Below are positions 1 through 10,488 of a DNA stretch of 48,258 nt, one piece after another. The notes under the pieces were generated by a model. It had not been told where the DNA came from, did no database searches, and saw only the letters and a program-made list of their open reading frames with translations. Position numbers and translations under genes: made by a program. This DNA is from an uncultured Spirochaetia bacterium (lineage in GTDB: Bacteria; Oederibacteriota; PGYV01; CAYGHG01). The stretch covers positions 1-48,258 of the forward strand of contig CAYGHG010000005.1 of the NCBI GenBank assembly GCA_964349515.1, given 5' to 3'. The stretch's first letter is position 1. Every line of letters begins with the position of its first letter.

Positions 1-91
1 ATTCCTTGTCCTCGCAGACTATATTCGCGTCCCTTACCGCCACTATGTTGCCGTATTTCTTCCATACATTTTTGATGACTACCCTTGCCAT
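1..91 (-). CDS. Sugar ABC transporter ATP-binding subunit (MalK/UgpC family), N-terminal fragment running off the window edge
   Basis: Hand translation from ATG at 91 gives MARVVIKNVWKKYGNIVAVRDANIVCEDKE, typical of a MalK/UgpC N-terminus. GGAGGT RBS at 96-101. Not in the ORF track. Confidence 0.75.
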   Translation of the reverse strand, partial: MARVVIKNVWKKYGNIVAVRDANIVCEDKE

Positions 92-113
92 TTATACCTC
101 CGCTTTGTGCCTG

Positions 114-1058
114 TTATTTGAATTTTAAAGTAAGGCCGAACCGGTGAGTGCTTTCAAGCACGCCCAGATTTCTGTATGCATAATCTATTTCATATATGTC
201 TATCTTTACTCCCGCGCCCATGACAAATCCGGTAAAAATCGCGGGAATTGCCACGTACTCGGTGTATTTATTCATGTCAAACATGCCCTGGAACTGGTAG
301 CCCATCCTCAATACAACTATGTCTTTGTACCAGTATTCAAACCCGAGCGCGAGTATCCCGTATGTTTCTATAGGCTGGATATAGTCAAGATTTAGCATCA
401 TATTTCTTATTCCGGTATAGCTTAATCCTACCCTGACATTGATAGGAAGCATAAATGCCTCTCCGAAACCAAATTGCGGGCCGAGATTTTGCGCCACGAC
501 CCCTGCCTGCAGATCTTTTATCGGCAGCTGGTAAATCGCGCCGATATCCGCCGCAAACCCGAGCGAACTCTTGTCATCTATTGATTCATTGAATATTTTG
601 ATTGTTGCGCCGAGGGCGAGTTCCTTATTAATCATAGTTCCGTAAGATATGTTAAAGCCTATGCTGGTTGCGCTGAAAGGGTCGCCTGACACGCCGAGCT
701 CGTTCCATCTGGGAATCTCGCCTGAGTTTACATATACTATCCCGAGCCCAAAAGTTCCTATTTCTCCAAACGGATAAGCCGCCGCGAGATAATCATAGAA
801 GATGTCGGTAAACCATACCGAATGCATAAAAGTAATCTGAAGAGCCGGAATCCTTGAGAGCCCGGCGGGGTTCCATATAATTGAATTAACATCATCAGCT
901 GCTGCCGTGTATGCACCGCCCATCGCGATAGGCCTTGCGCCCTGCTCCAGTTTAAGGAATACTGCAGAGGTCGTCCCCTGGTCAGCAAACAACTGTAATG
1001 AAAATAATGACAAAACAGAGACAAAAATAGCTCTTTTTATTAACTTACTGATTTTCAT
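114..1058 (-). CDS. PorV/PorQ (UPF0164/FadL-like) outer-membrane beta-barrel protein
   Basis: Signal peptide, FLKLEQGARPIAMGGAY and WNPAGL motifs, amphipathic strands, C-terminal DYAY...HRFGLTLKF. Confidence 0.85.
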   Translation of the reverse strand: MKISKLIKRAIFVSVLSLFSLQLFADQGTTSAVFLKLEQGARPIAMGGAYTAAADDVNSIIWNPAGLSRIPALQITFMHSVWFTDIFYDYLAAAYPFGEIGTFGLGIVYVNSGEIPRWNELGVSGDPFSATSIGFNISYGTMINKELALGATIKIFNESIDDKSSLGFAADIGAIYQLPIKDLQAGVVAQNLGPQFGFGEAFMLPINVRVGLSYTGIRNMMLNLDYIQPIETYGILALGFEYWYKDIVVLRMGYQFQGMFDMNKYTEYVAIPAIFTGFVMGAGVKIDIYEIDYAYRNLGVLESTHRFGLTLKFK

Positions 1059-1077
1059 TTTTTCACCTCTTTGAAAG

Positions 1078-1106
1078 AATATATCATTTCATATTACAGG
1101 TGTCAA
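1078..1106 (-). promoter_or_regulatory. Sigma70-type promoter for the PorV-like gene
   Basis: TTGACA (1106-1101), 17 bp spacer, TGa-extended TATATT (1083-1078), upstream of the GAGGTG RBS. Confidence 0.65.
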
Positions 1107-1204
1107 GCAGTATAATCCCCTTGCAAAAGCCTTTAATAATATACGATTTCAGCCGGTATGCCTCTATGTTTAGAGTCCGTTTTCACGTTAAAGTTACGGT
1201 CTTT

Positions 1205-2197
1205 TTAAAAGATTCCGCCGTATATGCTCCACGTGTACTTTCCTTCCAAGTAGCGTTTTACCGTAAGGAACAGGTTTGCGCTTCCGTCATCTTTAAACCC
1301 GGCATCAGCAGTAACCACTTCAAAAATCTCAAACTTTTTTGATATTTCTTTAAAGTCAACAGTCTTACTCAGTTTTCCCTCAGTAACAATATAAATGCTG
1401 TCCGATGTTGTAACTAATACTTTTCCTTTTCCTGCAGAAGCATCTATTATCCTTCCCTCTATATCGCCTATTTTTTCCGAAGAATTATAGGGATGGGATG
1501 ATTTCATCAGCACCGCCGGAGAAGCCGACATATCCGTATAATAAAAATCCTCCCCGTCAAAAATTCCGAACTCCGCAGACTCAAACTCCCGTATCTTTTT
1601 TTTATCATCAAAATTATACAGGCAAACCGAATTCTTTCCTGCAGAAAACTCAGAACTGGAAAAATATCTTCCGCCGTCCGACATTCTCAGCCGTCTGTAA
1701 ACACGCTCCATAGCGATACCGTATCCTGCGGCGCCTGCAACCTGCTTTTTGTCCTCAAGTAAAAAACTGAATATTACAGCATTTGATTTGATATCAAGTA
1801 TGGCTGCGGTAGTGTTGGGCGATGTTCCGAGCCGCATATTAAAACACAGATAACGGCGGTCGGGAGAGTAAGCTATCTCGCCCATTAAATACGGAGGCAC
1901 GCTTCTTTTAGAGCCGTCGCTGCCTGTTATTTCCACTATAAATCCCGAGGGGTTGAAACTTTCAAATGATTTAAATTTATTTGTGCCGCCGGGAACAGGA
2001 GCGTACCCTACTTCTTTTTTTTGCGCATCATAAAACTCCCACCGCATCTTCTCAGTATTTGCCGCTGTCAGGCCCGCAACAGACGGGTCAGCCTCTCCTA
2101 TTTCGGCTATCGCCCCTTCAGGCAGTTTGGCACGTCCGGAACAGGATGCAAAAAAAACAGCGCATAAAATAATTATTAACGTTTTTTTAGTTGTCAT
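1205..2197 (-). CDS. Hypothetical lipoprotein, probable beta-propeller
   Basis: Lipobox FFASC; propeller-like turns (YSPDRRYL, MSDGGRYF); starts 11 bp after the atpC stop. Confidence 0.6.
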   Translation of the reverse strand: MTTKKTLIIILCAVFFASCSGRAKLPEGAIAEIGEADPSVAGLTAANTEKMRWEFYDAQKKEVGYAPVPGGTNKFKSFESFNPSGFIVEITGSDGSKRSVPPYLMGEIAYSPDRRYLCFNMRLGTSPNTTAAILDIKSNAVIFSFLLEDKKQVAGAAGYGIAMERVYRRLRMSDGGRYFSSSEFSAGKNSVCLYNFDDKKKIREFESAEFGIFDGEDFYYTDMSASPAVLMKSSHPYNSSEKIGDIEGRIIDASAGKGKVLVTTSDSIYIVTEGKLSKTVDFKEISKKFEIFEVVTADAGFKDDGSANLFLTVKRYLEGKYTWSIYGGIF

Positions 2198-2208
2198 ATC
2201 TATGACGT

Positions 2209-2637
2209 TCAGTGCTTTCTGCGTCTTTCAAGCACCTGTATTGCTTTGAGCCTTGATATTTCTTTCAGCAGTTCGGCCTTTACTTTGTCGTAATCCACAT
2301 CGCCCGCGGATTTGGCCTTTAACAATTTTTCCTTTTCGTCTTTTCTTCTCTTTGCGGCCTCGACATCAACATCCGCCTCTGTCTCGGCTGTTTCAAGCAG
2401 CAGCACTGCTTTGTCTTTTGCCACTTCTATGTAACCGCCCGACACCGCTATAAGTTCCTGCCTTGAGTCCTCGTGTTTTATCTCAACGACTCCCGGCGCA
2501 AGCACTGTCGCAAAAGCAGCATGCGAAGCCAGAACTCCGAAATCCCCCTCTATGCCGGGAGCTGTCAACGACTGTATTTTTCCCTCAAATACTTTTTTCT
2601 CAGGGGTCACTATGCTGATATCAAATAATTTGGCCAT
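2209..2637 (-). CDS. atpC: F1Fo ATP synthase epsilon subunit
   Basis: IVTPEK, PGIEGDFGVLASHA and VSGGYIEV motifs; follows atpD. Confidence 0.95.
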   Translation of the reverse strand: MAKLFDISIVTPEKKVFEGKIQSLTAPGIEGDFGVLASHAAFATVLAPGVVEIKHEDSRQELIAVSGGYIEVAKDKAVLLLETAETEADVDVEAAKRRKDEKEKLLKAKSAGDVDYDKVKAELLKEISRLKAIQVLERRRKH

Positions 2638-2652
2638 TTTTTTCCACCGCCT

Positions 2653-4092
<1,440 letters not shown>

Positions 4093-4103
4093 TTATTCTG
4101 TTT

Positions 4104-4138
4104 TTTTAAGTTTCAAGCTTTCAGTTTTCAGCTTCTCA
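4104..4138. repeat. Degenerate heptamer tandem array (TTTCAGC/TTTCAAG-like) immediately after the atpG stop
   Basis: ttttaag tttcaag ctttcag ttttcag cttctca. Confidence 0.55.
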
Positions 4139-4996
4139 TCCGTTTTTAATCGCATTTGCTCCGCCCACTATTTCCATTATCTCCCCTGTTATCGCGGCCT
4201 GGCGGGTCTTGTTGGCTAGCAGTGTAAGCGAAGTTATCATTTCGCCCGCATTCTTTGTCGCCATTTCCATCGACACCATTCTGACGCCGTGTTCCGACGC
4301 CTGCGATTCAAGTACATCGCGGAACATCGTGGTCTTTATGTATTTTTCTATGAGGTTGTTAAGAACCGCTTCCTCGCCCGGTTCGTATATAAAATCCTTT
4401 GCAGGTTCTTCTTTGTCCTCTTTCCTGTCAAATACTACCGGCAGTATCTGCTTGCGAACTATTTTCTGCTGCATATTGTTCTGATAACTGCTGTAAATAA
4501 TCTCAACCTTCCTGTATTCGCCGGCCGCATAGTGCTTTATCAGCGCGTTTGAAACCTCTTCCACCTCAAACCAGCTTATGTTCCTGTCATTGTATTTGAA
4601 CATTACGGATTCCCTGCCGAACCTTTTTAATACGTCCATTCCCTTTTTGCCGATGTAATACAGCACAAGGTCGGGGGCATCTTTCATCTTTAACATTGCT
4701 TCCTTTGCAAGGTTTGTGTTAAAGCTTCCGCAAAGACCCTTGTCCGCCGTAATTAAAACCACCGCTTCTTTTGAAACAGATTCGTTCTTTCTGACCAGGG
4801 GAAAGAGCTTTGGGTCGGCTTTTCTCACGAGGTCCGCTATGACCTCCTCTATTTTATCCGAGTAGGGCCTTGCCGAGAGTATCCTCTCCTGCGCTTTTCT
4901 GAGTTTAGCCGCAGATACCATCTTCATTGCCTTTGTTATCTGCTGTATGTTCTGGGCGCTTTTTATTCTTTTCCTTACTTCCCTTAGTGTCGCCAT
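4136..4996 (-). CDS. atpG: F1Fo ATP synthase gamma subunit
   Basis: QITKAMKMVSAAK, DKGLCGSFN, RQAAITGEIMEIVGGA. Confidence 0.98.
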   Translation of the reverse strand: MATLREVRKRIKSAQNIQQITKAMKMVSAAKLRKAQERILSARPYSDKIEEVIADLVRKADPKLFPLVRKNESVSKEAVVLITADKGLCGSFNTNLAKEAMLKMKDAPDLVLYYIGKKGMDVLKRFGRESVMFKYNDRNISWFEVEEVSNALIKHYAAGEYRKVEIIYSSYQNNMQQKIVRKQILPVVFDRKEDKEEPAKDFIYEPGEEAVLNNLIEKYIKTTMFRDVLESQASEHGVRMVSMEMATKNAGEMITSLTLLANKTRQAAITGEIMEIVGGANAIKNG

Positions 4997-5009
4997 TTAG
5001 GGGCTCCCT

Positions 5010-6518
5010 TTACTTTTTAAATGCGGCTTTAAATTCCGATACAGCCCTGTCCATTTTTTTCTTCAGCTCATCGGAGAGCTGTTTCTTTTCATTTATCTCC
5101 GTGCGTATGTCGTAGTGTTTTTCCTTTATGTATGAAATTAAGCCCTTTTCAAAAGCATCCACCTTGTCAAGAGGCACATCATCAAGGTACCTGTTGATTC
5201 CCGCGTAAATAATTACTATCTGGTCCTCGACATCAACCGGCACATACTGGCCCTGTTTCAGGATTTCTTCCATCCTCTTTCCAAGGGCGAGCTGCATTTC
5301 GGATGATTTGTCGAGCTCAGTTCCGAACTGCGCAAATGCCGCGAGTTCCCTGTACTGCCCGAGGTCGAGTTTTAGTTTTCCGGCCACCTGTTTCATCGCT
5401 TTTGTCTGTGCATTTCCGCCGACCCTTGAAACCGAGAGCCCGACGTTGATGGCGGGCCTGATGCCTGCTGCAAATAAGTTTCCCTCGAGGAATATCTGCC
5501 CGTCTGTAATTGAAATAACATTTGTGGGAATATAAGCTGAAATGTCGCCGGCCTGTGTTTCAATTATGGGAAGCGCCGTGATGGAGCCTGCGCCGTGCTT
5601 GTCGTCAAGCTTGACGGCCCTCTCAAGAAGCCTTGAGTGGAGGTAAAAAACGTCGCCCGGATAAGCCTCGCGGCCCGGCGGCCTGCGGAGCAGCAGCGAC
5701 ATCTGCCTGTATGCCACAGCATGTTTTGACAAATCGTCGTAAACAATGAGTACATGCCCATTGTTGTACATGAATTCCTCGCCCATGGCTGTTCCCGCAT
5801 AAGGCGCAATATACAGCAGCGGCGCCGGGTCTGATGCGTTTGCAGATACCACAATCGTATAGGCCATTGCACCGTGTTTTTCAAGATTGTCAACAACCCT
5901 TGCGACAGTTGACTGTTTCTGTCCTATGGCCACATATATGCATGTTACGTCCTTGCCCTTCTGGTTTATGATAGCATCAATGGCTATTGCAGTTTTACCC
6001 GTCTGCCTGTCGCCGATTATCAGTTCCCTCTGCCCGCGGCCTATGGGTATCATAGCGTCTATGGCTTTTATACCTGTCTGCAGCGGCTCGTGCACACCTT
6101 TTCTGTCAACAACACCGGCTGCCTTTACCTCGACTTCGCGGAATTTGGTGGTGTTAATCGGCCCCTTTCCGTCTATCGGATGGCCGAGCGGGTTTACAAC
6201 GCGGCCTATGAGTTCTTTGCCGACAGGCACCGAAAGAATCCTGCCTGTTCTTTTCACGGTGTCGCCCTCTTTTATACCCTTGTCATCCCCCATCAGAACG
6301 ACTCCGACGTTGTCGCGCTCAAGGTTGAGTGCCACGCCGAATACCTGGCCCGGGAACTCAAGCAGCTCCATTGACATGACGTTATCAAGCCCGTAAACCC
6401 TCGCGATGCCGTCGCCGACCTGTATTACCTGGCCGACTTCGGTGAGTTCCACCTTTGCCTCATATTTTTCTATCTGGCTTCTGATTATACCTGTAATCTC
6501 TTCCGGTTTTATCTGCAT
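5010..6518 (-). CDS. atpA: F1Fo ATP synthase alpha subunit
   Basis: [41 protein letters not shown]. Start is 6518 or 6521 (ATGATG after AGGAGG). Confidence 0.99.
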   Translation of the reverse strand: MQIKPEEITGIIRSQIEKYEAKVELTEVGQVIQVGDGIARVYGLDNVMSMELLEFPGQVFGVALNLERDNVGVVLMGDDKGIKEGDTVKRTGRILSVPVGKELIGRVVNPLGHPIDGKGPINTTKFREVEVKAAGVVDRKGVHEPLQTGIKAIDAMIPIGRGQRELIIGDRQTGKTAIAIDAIINQKGKDVTCIYVAIGQKQSTVARVVDNLEKHGAMAYTIVVSANASDPAPLLYIAPYAGTAMGEEFMYNNGHVLIVYDDLSKHAVAYRQMSLLLRRPPGREAYPGDVFYLHSRLLERAVKLDDKHGAGSITALPIIETQAGDISAYIPTNVISITDGQIFLEGNLFAAGIRPAINVGLSVSRVGGNAQTKAMKQVAGKLKLDLGQYRELAAFAQFGTELDKSSEMQLALGKRMEEILKQGQYVPVDVEDQIVIIYAGINRYLDDVPLDKVDAFEKGLISYIKEKHYDIRTEINEKKQLSDELKKKMDRAVSEFKAAFKK

Positions 6519-6545
6519 CATTTTCCTCCTGTCATATATGTGTCT

Positions 6546-7223
6546 TTATTTTTTCTTTTTTGGTTTAACCACTTTTTTTACGGGCTTTTTCGCAGCTTTT
6601 TTTGCTGCGGCCTTTTTTGCCGGTTTGTCGGCTGCTTTTTTTACTGCCGTCTTTTTCGCAACAGGTTTTTCAACCGGCACCGCACTTTTTGACTTCAGGC
6701 TTTTTTTAAGGGAATTGATAAACTGTATGACGCTCGCGTCTATCAGCCTCATTTTTTCCCGTATTATGATTCCGCCCATCATACCCTGGTTAACCCTCGC
6801 ATCAACAGTCAGTTTGCTTTTCATTGCTTTCTCAAGTTTCCTGACCACAGTCCCCCGCTCGTCTGCAGTCAGCGGGTAGGCTGTTTCTATGGTTATTTTT
6901 TTGAGGTTCAGGCTGTCATCCACCTTTTCGCCGAACGCTTCGCAGACAGCGTCAAAAATACGCTCTCTCTTTTTATCTATAATCAGCATTATAAAATTCA
7001 TGGCAGTAGCGGAGATTTTTCCGCCAAAAATATTTTTTATCAGGGATTTTTTGTCCTCCCTGCTCACTCCGGGGTGCATCATGACCGCCCTGAATTTCGG
7101 TTCAGAGTCAAGCGCGGCCCTCACGGAATCGAGCTCTTCTCTGACGTTTTTGGCGTTCGCCGCTCCTCCCGCAAGCGTAAAAAGCGCCTCTGCATATTTT
7201 AACGGAAGTACCTTATCAGCCAT
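6546..7223 (-). CDS. atpH: F1Fo ATP synthase delta subunit with a Lys/Ala/Pro-rich C-terminal tail
   Basis: KYAEALF, GGIIIR..LIDASV; position between atpF and atpA; extra basic tail of about 50 aa. Confidence 0.93.
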   Translation of the reverse strand: MADKVLPLKYAEALFTLAGGAANAKNVREELDSVRAALDSEPKFRAVMMHPGVSREDKKSLIKNIFGGKISATAMNFIMLIIDKKRERIFDAVCEAFGEKVDDSLNLKKITIETAYPLTADERGTVVRKLEKAMKSKLTVDARVNQGMMGGIIIREKMRLIDASVIQFINSLKKSLKSKSAVPVEKPVAKKTAVKKAADKPAKKAAAKKAAKKPVKKVVKPKKKK

Positions 7224-7235
7224 ATTTCCCTCTTT

Positions 7236-7718
7236 TTAATTTTTTTCTATCTGCCTGAAAACATCGGCCACAACATCAAACTGCTCTTTTTTGCCTATTT
7301 TTGCCTTTACAGCCTTCTGCGCCGCGAGTATCGATAGGTCAACTATAGTGTCCTTTACCTCTTCTATGGCGCGCCTCTTTTCCGCCTCTATCTCCCTTTT
7401 TGCGTCTTCCACCATTTTGCGCCCCTCGGCCTTAGCCTCATCCACTATCCTGGCCTTTGACTTCTCGCCTTCCGCGACCGAGTCGCTGAAAGCCTTGTGA
7501 GCCTTTGCATGCATTTCAGCAAGCTTTGCCACATATTCAGCCTTCATGTTTTCAATATCCGACTTGTCTTTCTCAATCTTATCAAGGCTGTCGGTTATGA
7601 AATCGTCCCTCTTTTTGAGCGTTTTAATCAGGCTCCCTATGAAAAGTTTCCACACAAGCGGCGCCGCTATAAGGAATGTCACGAGCTGTATGATCAGTAC
7701 CGGCAAATCTATTTTCAT
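7236..7718 (-). CDS. atpF: F1Fo ATP synthase b subunit
   Basis: N-terminal TM (IQLVTFLI) followed by a long charged coiled coil; operon position. Confidence 0.92.
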   Translation of the reverse strand: MKIDLPVLIIQLVTFLIAAPLVWKLFIGSLIKTLKKRDDFITDSLDKIEKDKSDIENMKAEYVAKLAEMHAKAHKAFSDSVAEGEKSKARIVDEAKAEGRKMVEDAKREIEAEKRRAIEEVKDTIVDLSILAAQKAVKAKIGKKEQFDVVADVFRQIEKN

Positions 7719-7767
7719 TTTTTCCTCCGCCGCGCCTTACGCGCGTTTGGTTTAATCTATAAGTCCG

Positions 7768-7790
7768 GCGGCGGCCGTAAAAGCCGCCGC
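7768..7790. promoter_or_regulatory. GC-rich stem-loop between atpE and atpF (probable mRNA stability or processing element)
   Basis: GCGGCGGC-cgtaaaa-GCCGCCGC, a perfect 8 bp stem with no U-tract after it on the transcribed strand. Confidence 0.55.
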
Positions 7791-7797
7791 AAAAACA

Positions 7798-8187
<390 letters not shown>

Positions 8188-8196
8188 TTAAATTTC

Positions 8197-8964
8197 TTAA
8201 TGCGCTTCGTGTTCTTCGGCGTGGTCGTGTGCAGCCACCGCTCCGCCGATATATATTGCCGTAAGCAGGGTGAAAACACCCGCCTGTATCACGCTAACCA
8301 GTACTCCGAGTAATATTATAAGGGGCCTTAAAATAAAGGCAAACGACGCAAGAAACGCGCTGATGCCGTCAGTCGTGAATGCCGGCCCGAGCAGTATTAC
8401 GAGAACTATCAGTACTCCCAACAGGGTTTCTTTTGCCATTATGTTTCCAAAAAGCCTGAAAGTCAGGGAAACAGGCCTCGCAAAGTCAGACAGCAGTTCT
8501 ATTACAAAAAGAAAGGGCCTGATAGGCGTAGGAATTCCCGGGGGCCCGAAGTAGTGGGCAAAGTATTTAATCGGCCCTTTTTTTGCTATGCCCGAAACCC
8601 ACTCATATACAAAAACCATGACGCCGAGCGCTGCCGTAACCGAGAGTGCAGATGTCGGGGATATAAAACCGGGTATAAGGCCCAGCAGATTGCCTACAAG
8701 TATATAAAAGAAAAGCATGACAAGAAGCGGGTAAAAACGGGGGGCCTCTTTTTTTCCAATTACCGTGTCGGCATAATCAACAACATACATGACAGCCCAC
8801 TCGACAAGGTTCTGCGCCTTTCCCGGCCGCAGTTTCTGTTTTCTGGTGCCGAGAAATAAAATAGCGAAAACTATCGCATATGCCATGAACATCATTAATA
8901 CTATTGTAAAAGCGTGGTCATTAAGGAACGGAATAAACGAATGGTAATGTATCGACTCTCCCAT
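8197..8964 (-). CDS. atpB: F1Fo ATP synthase a subunit
   Basis: NLLGLIP, SPT, RPVSLTFRLFGNI, IQAGVFTLLT. Confidence 0.97.
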   Translation of the reverse strand: MGESIHYHSFIPFLNDHAFTIVLMMFMAYAIVFAILFLGTRKQKLRPGKAQNLVEWAVMYVVDYADTVIGKKEAPRFYPLLVMLFFYILVGNLLGLIPGFISPTSALSVTAALGVMVFVYEWVSGIAKKGPIKYFAHYFGPPGIPTPIRPFLFVIELLSDFARPVSLTFRLFGNIMAKETLLGVLIVLVILLGPAFTTDGISAFLASFAFILRPLIILLGVLVSVIQAGVFTLLTAIYIGGAVAAHDHAEEHEAH

Positions 8965-9341
8965 TATCTCTCCTCACCGTTATTTTTTGCTCTTCCGTAT
9001 CTCCAGCCCTCCAGCAGCAGTATCGCCACCACAGCCGTAAAGCCCGTTATAAAACCTGCCAAACCAAATATTTCATTTTTTGATACCACTGACGCAATTA
9101 TAAGTCCTATCACCCCGAGCTTTGCCATAAATACAACCGCACTTTTTACCGCAGCCTGCGGAGGCACGGCGCCCGGCACCACTGTTTTTTTTACCGTAAA
9201 AACTATCAGCACCGTATTCAGCGCGCCGGTAAGCAGCCCCGCTATGGCGCCATTCGCGTTTCCGGAGTCTCCCGTCAGGTAAAAAAGCCCTGCAGCGGCG
9301 AGGCAGGCGCCGAACATTATAAGCACCCTTTTTTTGTTCAT
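8964..9341 (-). CDS. atpI: ATP synthase subunit I-like 4-TM protein
   Basis: Four hydrophobic segments; overlaps atpB and atpZ; canonical position. Confidence 0.7.
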   Translation of the reverse strand: MNKKRVLIMFGACLAAAGLFYLTGDSGNANGAIAGLLTGALNTVLIVFTVKKTVVPGAVPPQAAVKSAVVFMAKLGVIGLIIASVVSKNEIFGLAGFITGFTAVVAILLLEGWRYGRAKNNGEER

Positions 9342-9556
9342 TTCTTTATGGAAGCCTTTACTATCAGGTTTATGAAACCCGCGGCTATGCCGAGAAAGAA
9401 AAGCAGTATTGTAAAAAGGGGGCTTAAGCCTGTGACCTTATCAATCAGCAATCCCGCTCCCAAGCCGGCAAAAGTCGAAAACACCAGCATAAATCCAAGA
9501 TTGCCTATGGTCGCAAGATCCTTTAAAGCCTCTCTGTCAAAGCCTTTTAACGCCAT
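9338..9556 (-). CDS. atpZ: AtpZ/AtpI-family 2-TM protein
   Basis: G..LID..TG.SP.FTI....LGIAAGF signature; first gene of the atp cluster. Confidence 0.85.
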   Translation of the reverse strand: MALKGFDREALKDLATIGNLGFMLVFSTFAGLGAGLLIDKVTGLSPLFTILLFFLGIAAGFINLIVKASIKK

Positions 9557-9609
9557 GGTGCATCCGTGAAACAGCGTTCCAAAGCTTTTCTAAAAAAAGA
9601 GCTTCCCAT

Positions 9610-10092
9610 CTATTCCCTGTAGTTAATAAAATCAGACGGATTTATATCCTTAAGAAATTCTTTAAACTCATCCATTTCTTTGCGGTACTTATCTTTGTCC
9701 ATTATGGTTGCTTCCATTATGACTGTCTCTGATACAAATATCGGCGCCTCAACCCGCAAGGCGAGCGCTATCGCGTCAGACGGCCGGGAATCTATTTCGT
9801 ATTCCTTCCCGTCCTTTATCATATGTATTTTGGCAAAGAATGTATTATTTTTTATATCATGAATAACTATTCTGTCAACTGAAATTTCTACTGCGTCCAT
9901 GATTCCTTTTATCAGATCATGTGTCATGGGACGGGGAACGCTGATAGCCTCCATGGCCATCAGTATGGCATCAGCCTCATAAACCCCGATCCATATGGGT
10001 AAAAAACGTTTTTCTTCCAGATCAGTAAGTATAACGACGGGCATTTTGGAGGAGTTGTCAACAGCGAGCCCGTTAATCTTCATTTCTATCAT
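9610..10092 (-). CDS. Bifunctional nuclease family protein (DUF151)
   Basis: LPIWIG..EA, RPMTHDL, IDSRPSDAIALALR. Likely start MIEMKI at 10092. Confidence 0.92.
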   Translation of the reverse strand: MIEMKINGLAVDNSSKMPVVILTDLEEKRFLPIWIGVYEADAILMAMEAISVPRPMTHDLIKGIMDAVEISVDRIVIHDIKNNTFFAKIHMIKDGKEYEIDSRPSDAIALALRVEAPIFVSETVIMEATIMDKDKYRKEMDEFKEFLKDINPSDFINYRE

Positions 10093-10128
10093 ATATTTAC
10101 CGTCCGGTTGTTTTGATGAAAACAATGC

Positions 10129-10157
10129 ATAATACAACAGATTTTTTAAGATTACAA
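10129..10157 (-). promoter_or_regulatory. Sigma70-type promoter upstream of DUF151 and the atp genes
   Basis: TTGTAA (10157-10152), 17 bp spacer, TATTAT (10134-10129). Confidence 0.5.
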
Positions 10158-10176
10158 CAGGTTTATGTTTTTAATG

Positions 10177-10408
10177 GTCCTAACCCCCTTTTCCAAAGGG
10201 GGGCTAGGGGGGATTTGCCTTTATGTCCTTGTCGTTGCCGTCAAACCCAAAATCAAATACCGGGAGGGATAGGAATCCCTCCCCTACAGGGTCAGGGTTG
10301 GTTTAAAACTTTTGTCTTGTGGATTTTGGTTTGGATACTTAAAACAGGGATTAATACTTTAAAGTCAAATGCCCTTCCCCCCCCTTTTTTGAAAAAGGGG
10401 GTTAGAAC
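10177..10408. repeat. About 230 bp MITE/REPIN-like element with imperfect terminal inverted repeats and a nested GTAG-type REP
   Basis: gtcctaacccccttttccaaagggggg..atttgccttt (10177-10222) mirrors the reverse complement of 10361-10408 (gttctaacccccttttt..atttgacttt). The internal hairpin 10254-10288 is identical to 17062-17096. Confidence 0.7.
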
Positions 10409-10488
10409 ATTCTCCGGAAACAATAAACTGTAAGGCCTATGATGACAATCCATGCGAGCGACATCATAACTACGCCTGCTATAGTCAT
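10402..10488 (-). CDS. NSS transporter small subunit (MetS-like), 28 aa
   Basis: MTIAGVVMMSLAWIVIIGLTVYCFRRMF*; ATGA overlap with the transporter stop and a GGAGG RBS. Below the ORF-track size cutoff. Confidence 0.7.
   Translation of the reverse strand: MTIAGVVMMSLAWIVIIGLTVYCFRRMF

Noticed and set aside
7768..7795. Rho-independent terminator after atpE
   Set aside because: No U-tract follows the hairpin on either strand, so it was kept only as a stem-loop.
10177..10408. Integron attC site (TAAC...GTTAG ends next to a stop codon)
   Set aside because: About 230 bp is too long, the ends do not fit RYYYAAC/GTTRRRY, and no integron integrase is present.
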